DNA from: an uncultured Leptolinea sp. | Lineage (GTDB): Bacteria; Chloroflexota; Anaerolineae; Anaerolineales; Anaerolineaceae | Assembly: GCA_964476915.1 (NCBI GenBank) | Contig: CAYZCO010000001.1 | Location: forward strand, 4,253-68,252 | Direction of reading: 5' to 3' | Length of the DNA: 64,000 nt | Shown here: positions 25,856 to 34,536 of the stretch, in pieces | How the letters are laid out: every line of letters begins with the position of its first letter | How positions within the stretch are numbered: the stretch's first letter is position 1 | Position numbers and translations under genes: made by a program | The notes under the pieces: generated by a model | Told to the model about the DNA's origin: nothing | The model's database searches: none | What the model saw: only the letters and a program-made list of their open reading frames with translations

Positions 25856-28834
25856 TTATTCCTCCAAAAGTTTGCTCTTGCCATACAGTTCCACAAGTTT
25901 TCGTGCTCGTGATTTTAAAGCATTGTCATTTGACTCTATTGCTAATATTTTATTCATTTCATGTGCAATAAAACAATAAGCCCAACCGATAACATTCTCT
26001 GATGATAATAATTCCTTGTACCTATTTTGAATTAATACTAATACTTCTTTTAAGTGAATTAAAGCGTCTTCTTGATCAACAGAGTTAATTGCTGCTGATA
26101 CTTTTTCGGAGCATTGTTTATAGAATAATGGTTTTTGGAGTATTTGATTGGTGACTGGAACTTTATATTCGCACACATTTCTAGCCTTACACTTACAATA
26201 AATGCACGTTTGCATAGGAGAATACAACGCCCATTTCTCAATCGTCTGATTTGTGTTTGAGGAATCTTTCTTTTGATCTCTATCAATAAAATGTGACCAG
26301 CCTTCTGGTTCAGTAATGTATAAATTAAATTTATGATTCTGCCTTGTCATAAAATGGTTAATTGATATATCATTGGTTACTTGTGCTTTTTTCCTGTCAA
26401 AGGAAGCTTGATCTCCAAATTCAGGAACCTTTAAATGAACGGGTTGTCCAAAAATACTCCTGACAATTGCGAAACCTGGTTTCAAAGTTCGAGCATACTC
26501 TTTTTGGGTCCTATTTAGGTTCGTTATGGTCGAAAATAATTCAAAGCTTGGTGCATCTTCTATCCAGTGCATGATTTTAATAAATGTATTTCCTATAGCA
26601 CCTTTTACTAATATTGTCGGAATCTGTTCGGCTATAACTATTCCTTCTCCATACGCACGTACTTCTGCAAGCATATTGCCGAAGTCCTCGCCGGAACTAT
26701 GCCGAGAATTTCCTTGCATATTGGAGTTTGCGGGGCTTTCTGACATCAAACGATGCGCTTCTTCTATAACTGTAATATGAGGGCTATCTAATGGTCTTGG
26801 ATTAATCTCAACAGTCTCGGTGAAGCAAACTAAAAGGAAACCCATAATTAAAGCGATATCATCTGTCGAACCAATTCTGCCCAATTCCATAATTGTTGGA
26901 TGATCGAGAATTTTTTCAAAAGGCATAGATTTCCGCACATTTACTGTGTACCCGACATTTTCCAAAAGATCTCCAATTCGGATTACTGAGGCTTGTTTTA
27001 CATTATCCCGAACTTCTCCACTATAGTTCAACCGATTAGTAATCTCTTGGATCGCTTCATAAAATTCCGACATTATTGGATAATGATGGGCGTCACTTCC
27101 TCTATCAACAGCAACATTCCACCCGGCATCTCGATAAACTTTTCGTAATGCTTCTCGATAGATCATTGGCAGCGGATCTTGTAAGGAAAAAGCAGATTCG
27201 AAAATTCGCATTAATCGCGAAATGTGGGTTTTTATCAAAATACCATCAGGGACAGCAAAAGGGTTGAACCTGAAAGGAGAAGTAGATTCATCGCCAACTG
27301 TATAGATTAAAAGGTCCTCTTCTAAATCAATAAATCCTTTTAACTCTCTGTAATCTGGTTTGTCAACAGGATATAAAACCATAAATGGGATTTTGTGTTT
27401 TAGCCATAATTGTGAAAGTAAATGTTTTATTGTTGTGCTCTTACCAGAACCAGTCGAACCCGCTATTAAAGCATGACGTGTCAAGTCGCGTACTGGTATT
27501 GTGAATTCCCCATTGGTGGAGCTTCCTCGATGAAAAATCTGGCCAAGACTTATTTTCTTTTCTTTTTGTGCTTCTTTCGATATGACTAATCCATCATTGA
27601 AATTCACTTTTGCTTGTTCGCGTAGCTCTAACTCATCAATTGGGGATATGAAAGGTTCGTTCTTTACCAGGATGCCAGGTAAATATCCAGATTCAGGTGG
27701 AATTGGTAATCTGAACGCCCCATATGCCTCTTGTGCAGTTGCTAAGTATCGCAACCGGATTAAGGGATCGGAGGCAATAGTAAAACCCCAAAAATCATGT
27801 TCAAGAAATCGTATGTTATTTAATTCTGTTCGTAATTGTTGGTCATCAGCTGGTTGAGCAGATACCCATGAGGTTGGGTATTTGTTGGCTGCATTACCCA
27901 TCATTTCAGAACCAAGCGCTTCTACCAAACCGCGTGGACAATCTAATTCACCAACTATATGGACACGTACCATCAGTAATTGTTCACGCTCCACCATTAA
28001 ATTGTCATAAACGAAAACTCCTACCTGTGATCGTTTTCTAATGTATTCTTCTGTAACATCTTCATCTTCTGATGCAGTCTTCTTAAATTGACCGATCATA
28101 AAGCTAACATTGTAGATTTCCTGGTCAAACATTTTGGTGGGTTTGAGACTGATATCAACGAAGCATTTTTGTGGTTGCGCAGATAACACTGCGAAAAATC
28201 GGCTCATCGGATTGGAGTTTTGACTTGGTACAAAAGGATGAGCAATATAATCACCTTTTCTTTCAACTCTAGCAGTTGGTGCAGAGCTTCGAATTGGCAT
28301 ATCTTCGTATTTACGAATTTCTAACACGCTCTCCTTTGATAAATTGTTAAATGGAATTGGCTCATAATATTGCCAGAATTCACGTTCTTGATTAACTGAT
28401 TCCAATGGATAGCCGAAAGGTTCTTCTGTGGGAAAAATGCCAGAAAATTTTTCCCACAGAACCTCTGCAAATTGCTGTGCACTAATTGCATTTTTTGAAA
28501 ATGATTTTCCAAAGAATATGATCTCAACTAAATTTGGTTGGCCAGCGATAGGGTTTGGAGTAGAAATGAACCTGAGAGAAAAAGTTGAATGGTTCTCCCG
28601 AATTCGGGCAAGGTCGTAAATAAACCTGAACTGGCGTTGTTGAATTATTGAAATTCGGTTATTGCCTGGTCTTGTCAAATCATCTGAAATCATTGAGGGT
28701 AAAAATGGTACCCGTGCTGCCCATATTGCATGAACTCCTTCTACTGAACGAAAAGAGAGTCCAATTTGGTTATCAAAACTGAAGGCTTGATTTATTGAAG
28801 TCTTTTCAGATACGTATATATAGGGATAACTCAT
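25856..28834 (-). CDS. HerA/FtsK-superfamily (DUF87/VirB4-like) P-loop ATPase with ~440-aa uncharacterised N-terminal region and C-terminal Cys-rich segment (992 aa)
   Basis: Walker A LIAGSTGSGKST. Walker B HITVIEEAHRLM (hhhhEEAH, the DEAH-like variant typical of HerA/VirB4/TraC-type ATPases). C-terminal CIYCKCKARNVCEYK Cys cluster. N-terminal 440 aa has no recognisable motif. Confidence 0.7.
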   Translation of the reverse strand: MSYPYIYVSEKTSINQAFSFDNQIGLSFRSVEGVHAIWAARVPFLPSMISDDLTRPGNNRISIIQQRQFRFIYDLARIRENHSTFSLRFISTPNPIAGQPNLVEIIFFGKSFSKNAISAQQFAEVLWEKFSGIFPTEEPFGYPLESVNQEREFWQYYEPIPFNNLSKESVLEIRKYEDMPIRSSAPTARVERKGDYIAHPFVPSQNSNPMSRFFAVLSAQPQKCFVDISLKPTKMFDQEIYNVSFMIGQFKKTASEDEDVTEEYIRKRSQVGVFVYDNLMVEREQLLMVRVHIVGELDCPRGLVEALGSEMMGNAANKYPTSWVSAQPADDQQLRTELNNIRFLEHDFWGFTIASDPLIRLRYLATAQEAYGAFRLPIPPESGYLPGILVKNEPFISPIDELELREQAKVNFNDGLVISKEAQKEKKISLGQIFHRGSSTNGEFTIPVRDLTRHALIAGSTGSGKSTTIKHLLSQLWLKHKIPFMVLYPVDKPDYRELKGFIDLEEDLLIYTVGDESTSPFRFNPFAVPDGILIKTHISRLMRIFESAFSLQDPLPMIYREALRKVYRDAGWNVAVDRGSDAHHYPIMSEFYEAIQEITNRLNYSGEVRDNVKQASVIRIGDLLENVGYTVNVRKSMPFEKILDHPTIMELGRIGSTDDIALIMGFLLVCFTETVEINPRPLDSPHITVIEEAHRLMSESPANSNMQGNSRHSSGEDFGNMLAEVRAYGEGIVIAEQIPTILVKGAIGNTFIKIMHWIEDAPSFELFSTITNLNRTQKEYARTLKPGFAIVRSIFGQPVHLKVPEFGDQASFDRKKAQVTNDISINHFMTRQNHKFNLYITEPEGWSHFIDRDQKKDSSNTNQTIEKWALYSPMQTCIYCKCKARNVCEYKVPVTNQILQKPLFYKQCSEKVSAAINSVDQEDALIHLKEVLVLIQNRYKELLSSENVIGWAYCFIAHEMNKILAIESNDNALKSRARKLVELYGKSKLLEE

Positions 28835-28915
28835 TATCTGGCCTTCCTGTGTTTAATAACCAGCAATCATACACGATTACTGAATGAATCAAAAAGTAGA
28901 AAGTCTATATAAATT

Positions 28916-29878
28916 TTAATCACCCCAGGGTTGATTATAATCATCTTGTATCATAGAACTCTCATCACCATATTTTACATTTTGAATTCTACTAATTTCT
29001 TCCTTGGTTGATGCAATTTGGGGGATTAATTGACCATTTATGTACTCACTTACTGACTTTTTCCGATTGGATATCACTTTTATACTAGATAGTAACGAAA
29101 AAACACCAATTAATATAATCAATACAATAAAGAATGCAGCCCAGCTTTCAGTGGAAAAACCAACAATAGCTGATAACATTAAAGCCCCTATTCTAAACAA
29201 ACCACCTATGCAACTTGATCCAGCGGTTTTGTTTAATTCAGGGTGGGCACGAATAATGCTTGTGTAATCCGTTTGACCATCTTGAAGTTCTGTTTGCAAG
29301 GCCAGGAGTCTTTTTTGTTGATCAGTTAATAGTTCACTTTGAAGTTTCTTGAAATTATCTTCTTTATTTACGCCACAATTTGAGCAGAACTTGTTTGAAA
29401 ATTCGACAAGAGAATTACAATTAGGGCATTTGACCCCAATTCTTTTCCCGCATTTAGCGCAGAATTGTGTGCCAGTTGGATTTGCTTTCTTGCACTTTGG
29501 GTCCGTACAGATCCAGGCGTCCGTTCTTTCAACCTCTTTTTGTTCGGAAGCAGGAAAATGAATGTTACTAGGTCGGGGCGGTGCCATTACTCTATTAACA
29601 GGATTTTGCGCAATGAGAACATCAGGATCTGCAAGACCAGCCATGGTGCCTTGAGCTTGAGCAAGAAATCTATCATACTCATTCCGTTTTTCCGAATTCA
29701 TCAACGTATTTCGGATCTCTTCAAGTTGGTTTAAAGCCTGGTTTGCCTGAGACACAATATTTACATCGTGATGTGTAACTAATGACCGCCATTTTGCGTA
29801 TTGATCGTCTAGTCTTTCTTCAATCTCAGCACTACTTGCATTTGAAGCTAATTTAAGTAATTCATAATAATTAATCAT
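28916..29878 (-). CDS. J-like domain protein (HHD variant of HPD) with zinc ribbons and C-terminal TM anchor (320 aa)
   Basis: N-terminus INYYELLKLASNASSAEIEERLDDQYAKWRSLVTHHD...SEKRNEYDRFL aligns with the DnaJ J-domain (YYEILGV..A...EI..AY..LA.K.HPD...AYEVL.D..KR..YD). Followed by CTDPKCK...CAKCGKR...CPNCNS...CSNCG zinc ribbons and a hydrophobic C-terminal segment (IGALMLSAIVGF...FFIVLIILIGVFSLLS). Confidence 0.55.
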   Translation of the reverse strand: MINYYELLKLASNASSAEIEERLDDQYAKWRSLVTHHDVNIVSQANQALNQLEEIRNTLMNSEKRNEYDRFLAQAQGTMAGLADPDVLIAQNPVNRVMAPPRPSNIHFPASEQKEVERTDAWICTDPKCKKANPTGTQFCAKCGKRIGVKCPNCNSLVEFSNKFCSNCGVNKEDNFKKLQSELLTDQQKRLLALQTELQDGQTDYTSIIRAHPELNKTAGSSCIGGLFRIGALMLSAIVGFSTESWAAFFIVLIILIGVFSLLSSIKVISNRKKSVSEYINGQLIPQIASTKEEISRIQNVKYGDESSMIQDDYNQPWGD

Positions 29879-29907
29879 TATTCTCCTCGGTTTAATACTG
29901 TTTTGGT

Positions 29908-30726
29908 CTATTCATCGTTCTCTGGATACCTGGCAAACCATTGATTCTTCACTTTCCTTGCTTCTAACGAGTTGTTTCGGTTTAATGCGTCTTCATGCCA
30001 TCGTTTATAAATGTCCTCCTGCAATGATCTTGCCTTCATAATGTTGGAGCAATTAACAATCACTTCATCTAACAGGTTTATAGATTTCTTCCATGCCGAA
30101 ATGTAAGCATACCTTTCTGCTAAAAGATAGTTTGCATCACATTTGATGTTCTTACACTCAACATTGTGTTGATCTAACGAAAGGCAAATACTTGATTGTT
30201 CAAGTGCAATATCAAGTTGGTCATGCTCAAAGGCATCCTTAGCGTAAAGTATGCTCAATTTTAAGTTTACAGGATTCAAGGTATTCTTATTTACCATAAA
30301 ACGTTTGGCCATTTTTAAATTGCTTTTTGCGCAGGCATAATCACCAGATTGGATGCAATTCTGCGCTACGTGCAATGATTCAACACCTTTTGTTTGCATT
30401 TTCCTTATAAAAACACCAATGATCACTATTCCAATGATTAAAATTATGCCAATAATTATGCTTATAATGATTGTTTGGCGTAATCTTAAAATAAACCAAG
30501 GTTTATCTTCAAGTTTCGGGAACGTTGCTGTGTTATCAGTCAAATTTTCTTGAAAAGCGATAAAATCATCTCTTAGTTTTTCTTTTGTTTCGTTCAGAAA
30601 TTCATCGCTTTTTTTGTAAGCGCGCATGTTTATTCCACATCCAGAGCAGATTTCTATGCCGATTGAATTGAAAAATCCACAACTTGGACAACAAATATGC
30701 AGAGGAGATGGATTATTTACCTTCAT
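29908..30726 (-). CDS. Zinc-ribbon / single-pass membrane / Cys-containing helical-repeat (TPR-like) protein (272 aa)
   Basis: N-terminal CPSCG...CSGCG zinc ribbon; TM helix IIISIIIGIILIIGIVIIGVF; C-terminal helical domain with several Cys. Its start overlaps the stop of the upstream gene at 30726. Confidence 0.45.
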   Translation of the reverse strand: MKVNNPSPLHICCPSCGFFNSIGIEICSGCGINMRAYKKSDEFLNETKEKLRDDFIAFQENLTDNTATFPKLEDKPWFILRLRQTIIISIIIGIILIIGIVIIGVFIRKMQTKGVESLHVAQNCIQSGDYACAKSNLKMAKRFMVNKNTLNPVNLKLSILYAKDAFEHDQLDIALEQSSICLSLDQHNVECKNIKCDANYLLAERYAYISAWKKSINLLDEVIVNCSNIMKARSLQEDIYKRWHEDALNRNNSLEARKVKNQWFARYPENDE

Positions 30727-31382
30727 TACACTTGTGTGAGTTTATTGAATATTATGTATGCTGTTATTAAAAAAATGAAAATCAGCAAAATTACTACAGC
30801 CCACAACAATAACCCTCTTACAATAAATCTTTGATTTGCTGTTTCTACAATTTTTGCATTGCGTTGAATCTCGTCCCTTTCGAGATCCGTACGTTGTTCA
30901 GCTGCTATGGCAGTTATGTATCGATTATTGTCAAACTCACTAATTATCGTTTTACATCTTTCACATACCCTGGTATTCAAGTTAATTATGTGGCCACATG
31001 AAGGACAAGATCGAGATGTTTGTTTACCACAATGTTCACATACGAGTGCTTCAATTAGCTTTAAATTCCCGCAATTTGGGCATTGCGATAAAAGAGGTTC
31101 ACCTTGAATATCTTGATTCCATATCGCATCTCTATGTGAAATCATACTGTGTTTGAACTGTTTTTCAGCTACAAGCAGATCTTTGTTATTGGTCCGACTT
31201 TTGATGATATCTAATAAAAATCTAAACGCTTCCTCTAGCCTTTCTCCTTCAGCATGGGCATCTTTAGAAAAATCGTTATGAAGGATAAGCTCGGTTCTTT
31301 TGTTGTTAAATTGTTCAGCAAGAGAACTTTCGGAATAATTTCCTACAATACCAAGGATTTGTTTTGCTGAAACCTCGTCCAT
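30726..31382 (-). CDS. Second J-like domain protein (HND variant) with double zinc ribbon and C-terminal TM anchor (218 aa)
   Basis: AKQILGIVGNYSESSLAEQFNNKRTELILHNDFSKDAHAEGERLEEAFRFLLD resembles a J-domain (weaker than the 320-aa paralog). CPNCG...CEHCG...CPSCG...CERC zinc ribbons. C-terminal TM (LLLWAVVILLIFIFLITAYIIF). Confidence 0.45.
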   Translation of the reverse strand: MDEVSAKQILGIVGNYSESSLAEQFNNKRTELILHNDFSKDAHAEGERLEEAFRFLLDIIKSRTNNKDLLVAEKQFKHSMISHRDAIWNQDIQGEPLLSQCPNCGNLKLIEALVCEHCGKQTSRSCPSCGHIINLNTRVCERCKTIISEFDNNRYITAIAAEQRTDLERDEIQRNAKIVETANQRFIVRGLLLWAVVILLIFIFLITAYIIFNKLTQV

Positions 31383-31387
31383 AGTAA

Positions 31388-32614
31388 TTACCCGACACTT
31401 GCGATTACTTCTCTTACAACCTCAAATAAATATTGTTTACGCCATCCTCTTACATTTGAAGATTCAAATGGCGTATCTTCACCGTCGACCTCAACTGCAT
31501 ATCTTGGTGGGGTATCGGGGAAGTTTGGACCACAACTAAAAACACACATTATTGTTCCCCCAGAATTTTTTGGCATATCAACTCGAATTATATATGACCC
31601 ATTAAAAAGGCCATTTGCATCCGTGCCTGATTTCACTTCCACGTGTGCGCCAGGCAGGGTTTTTAATAGATTAATTTCTTCATTCATCCTTGTTTGGGTA
31701 TTTTGCCCCGGGTTATCTTGCGTTGAGAGGTTAGTGCTATTTTGAAAGCCATATGTGCTATCAAGTCTTGCTTGCTGAGTTGATGGATTATTACTACCCG
31801 CTAAAAGATTATTAAACAACTGCGAAGGGCTTGCAGTACCATTGGAAGATGGTTGTACTAAGAAGCCGCCGGCAGGATCCATATAGCCTTTATCTATCAG
31901 GTCGCGAATAATTTTGATTCGCTCATCTGGTGATGCTTGCATTAACATTGTCCTAATATCCATTTGCGAATTCTGCAATATTGCACTATCTAGCTGCCAA
32001 TTGCGAAATGTTTGAAATTCATCCATGGATTGTTGACTTAATGCATCTTCACCTGAGTCGAGTGCTTTCAAATTTGTAATTATTACATTTAATACTTCTA
32101 TCCCGATTGTTTTCTGTAATTGCATCCCCTTTAATCCCTGAAGAACTCTTGCAGCGAATTCTTCTCTTCTTAGGTTTACTTCATCATAAGTAGCCACGCT
32201 TACAATGGGATTAATAACCATATTGACTCGATCAAATAACGCGTGTAAGGGTTGATCAATTTCTAAAGCAACCATTCGTGCATCTCGAACTTTGTATTCA
32301 ACAACTAGATCAAGATCCAATTGAACAGGAACGGGAAACTTTATTTGATATTTTCTACTGGTTGTGATTGTTAATTGTTTTACGCGCATGTCAACAACGA
32401 CCGCACGTATGTTCCGAAACATTTTATACCTGTAAAGGTAATAGAATCCTGGAGCTAAGGTTTCTTTGTAAACCCCGCCCTCCGTTATTACTGCACAGAA
32501 TCCTTCTTTCACCTCATATTTTCCGCTAAGCAGGGGTAGTGGTATCCCCTGATCCAGTAATTGTTCTGGTCTTACAAGATCCAAATCATTTATAGAATAT
32601 CGATTATCCGTCAT
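31388..32614 (-). CDS. SPFH/band-7 (stomatin/HflK-like) domain protein with Ser/Thr/Asn/Gln-rich linker and unknown C-terminal domain (408 aa)
   Basis: EGFCAVITEGGVYKETLAPGFYYLYRYKMFRNIRAVVVDMRVKQL...LDLVVEYKVRDARMVA...IEVLNVIITNLKALD follows the SPFH core pattern (G.V...G.Y..T..PG..h.P.h..V..V..R.Q........T.D...V.V...V.YRV.D). No N-terminal TM helix. Confidence 0.5.
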   Translation of the reverse strand: MTDNRYSINDLDLVRPEQLLDQGIPLPLLSGKYEVKEGFCAVITEGGVYKETLAPGFYYLYRYKMFRNIRAVVVDMRVKQLTITTSRKYQIKFPVPVQLDLDLVVEYKVRDARMVALEIDQPLHALFDRVNMVINPIVSVATYDEVNLRREEFAARVLQGLKGMQLQKTIGIEVLNVIITNLKALDSGEDALSQQSMDEFQTFRNWQLDSAILQNSQMDIRTMLMQASPDERIKIIRDLIDKGYMDPAGGFLVQPSSNGTASPSQLFNNLLAGSNNPSTQQARLDSTYGFQNSTNLSTQDNPGQNTQTRMNEEINLLKTLPGAHVEVKSGTDANGLFNGSYIIRVDMPKNSGGTIMCVFSCGPNFPDTPPRYAVEVDGEDTPFESSNVRGWRKQYLFEVVREVIASVG

Positions 32615-32823
32615 GATTGTGATAACCTCTCATAAAAATGTATACACTTCAATAAACCCAACCTTGTGTAACCTTGATTGGGCTCTCTTTGAGGACCAAT
32701 GGTTGTGTAGATATTTGTAAGAATATTGTTTTTGAATTCATAGGAAGCGAAATTTTATTAGAAATAGCTTGGTAAAAGTATATATTACTTTTACTATTTG
32801 TGTTAAATGATCCCAATCTTCCG

Positions 32824-34374
32824 TTATTCGATTATTTGGGTTTGCATCCAGAGCTTCTTTGCAGATACTTGGTTGTCTGATTGCCCAATTGCATAATCCA
32901 CTTTCGTTTGGGTCTCTATACCGGTTTCGATATCACGAGCGGAAATCTCTACAACTCCATTGTTGGTACAAGAAATAGTTACTCGTACTTTCTTTCCTGG
33001 AGGTCTGTTTGGAGGTAGTCCATTCAAGAAAAAATCACCAATTGGGTTGCATAAAGCTGGATTTTGAAATTCCCCTTGAAAAACAGTAATTTTTATCCCA
33101 GTTTGGCCGTGAATTTGTGTAACAAATTCTTTTGAAGTATCGAATGGAATTGGACTGTTCTTCTTAATGATAATAGAATTAATTTTTTGATCAGAACCAG
33201 GTACTGTCGCTTCAATTCCTATTGAGTGGCTAAGTACATCTGTGATTTGAAGAGATCCAATTTTATCTACAACCATTGGTTCTAAATTTTCATCTTTTAA
33301 CTTTGATAATTCTAAAGCTGAAACAATTGCAGCCCCAAGGCTAACAGCCTCATCGGGATTGATTGAAATGTCTGGTTCTTTCATAAAAATGTTTTGTACT
33401 GCCTGTCTAACAGCAGGAATTCTGGTTGATCCCCCAGTCAATAACACTCTATCTACTTCTTCCGCTTGGACTTTTGCTGATTTGAGAAGATTTCGAATAA
33501 GGGCTCCAGTTGTATCAAGCTTTGGCTTAATCGCTTCTTCAAATTGTTCTCTTGTTATTGAAACTTGACTCCTATGCCCTTTTGCCCTGACGAGGATCAT
33601 ACATTTATTCCGAACACTTAATTCTTTTTTTGCCTTTTCTGCGTCCATCCGCAATTGCTGATTCTCAGAGGCATCTTCACTTGGATCAAAACCGTGCTCT
33701 TGGATGAATGTATTAACACATAATCGAATAATCGCATCGTCAAAATCCTTACCGCCTAGTTGGTGATCTCCCTCAGAAGCTATTATCCGGATATCCTGAC
33801 CACTGTTTTCCACCCTCATTAAGGTAACATCAAATGTGCCACCACCCAAATCATAAACTAGCACTGATTCGTTGTTTAACTGTTTTTGTGCACCAAAAGC
33901 TATAGCAGCTGCTGTTGGCTCATTTATCAGTTTTAGGATCTTAAATCCGGCCATTTCACCTGCAAGGATAGTTGCTCGACGTCTAACATCATCAAAATAT
34001 GCAGGAACAGTTATCACTGCATACGGCAGGCTATAAGATAAAAGATCCTCGGCGTCCTTTTTCAGTTTCTTTAAAACAAAGGATGAGACATCTGGTGGTG
34101 TCAATCGTTTATCTTTATACTTATAATACCAATTCGGATTCCCCATTTCCCTTTTTGAAAAAAGGACAACTTTATCCGGGTTAGCAATTGCACTTTCTTT
34201 TGCTATTGTTCCGACCACAACAACATTTTCATCAAAGAAAATTGCAGATGGGGTTAGACGGTCTCCTTCAGCATTAGCAATTATTTCGGGTTCTCCATGA
34301 TCATTAATAATTGCTAGTGAAGAATATGTTGTTCCAAGATCTATTCCTGCAGCGCAGATTTTTTTTGTTGGCAT
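32824..34374 (-). CDS. Hsp70 family ATPase, short form (about 517 aa)
   Basis: Start set at MPTKKICAAGIDLGTTYS (the listed ORF begins 15 codons upstream at a TTG). Hsp70 signatures IDLGTTYS, DLGGGTFDV, LLTGGSTRIPAV. Substrate-binding beta domain present; the usual about-100-aa C-terminal lid extension of DnaK is absent. Confidence 0.8.
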   Translation of the reverse strand: MPTKKICAAGIDLGTTYSSLAIINDHGEPEIIANAEGDRLTPSAIFFDENVVVVGTIAKESAIANPDKVVLFSKREMGNPNWYYKYKDKRLTPPDVSSFVLKKLKKDAEDLLSYSLPYAVITVPAYFDDVRRRATILAGEMAGFKILKLINEPTAAAIAFGAQKQLNNESVLVYDLGGGTFDVTLMRVENSGQDIRIIASEGDHQLGGKDFDDAIIRLCVNTFIQEHGFDPSEDASENQQLRMDAEKAKKELSVRNKCMILVRAKGHRSQVSITREQFEEAIKPKLDTTGALIRNLLKSAKVQAEEVDRVLLTGGSTRIPAVRQAVQNIFMKEPDISINPDEAVSLGAAIVSALELSKLKDENLEPMVVDKIGSLQITDVLSHSIGIEATVPGSDQKINSIIIKKNSPIPFDTSKEFVTQIHGQTGIKITVFQGEFQNPALCNPIGDFFLNGLPPNRPPGKKVRVTISCTNNGVVEISARDIETGIETQTKVDYAIGQSDNQVSAKKLWMQTQIIE

Positions 34375-34536
34375 AGTGAAACCCTTATAATTTTTGCATA
34401 TAGAATTATTAAGAATCAACGATTTTCTGAGAAATTTATCTCATGAAGATGGTCCTTTTAACAATCACTTGTTCTTTTTGAATTAGAGTATTATCCCTAA
34501 AAAGAGATACTGGAAATACCATACCTTAAGTATGGG

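Noticed and set aside
34375-34419. N-terminal 15-codon extension of the Hsp70 ORF (MILNNSICKNYKGFT)
   Set aside because: It starts at a TTG. Hsp70 proteins begin right at the IDLGTT motif region, so the ATG at 34374 is the sensible start.
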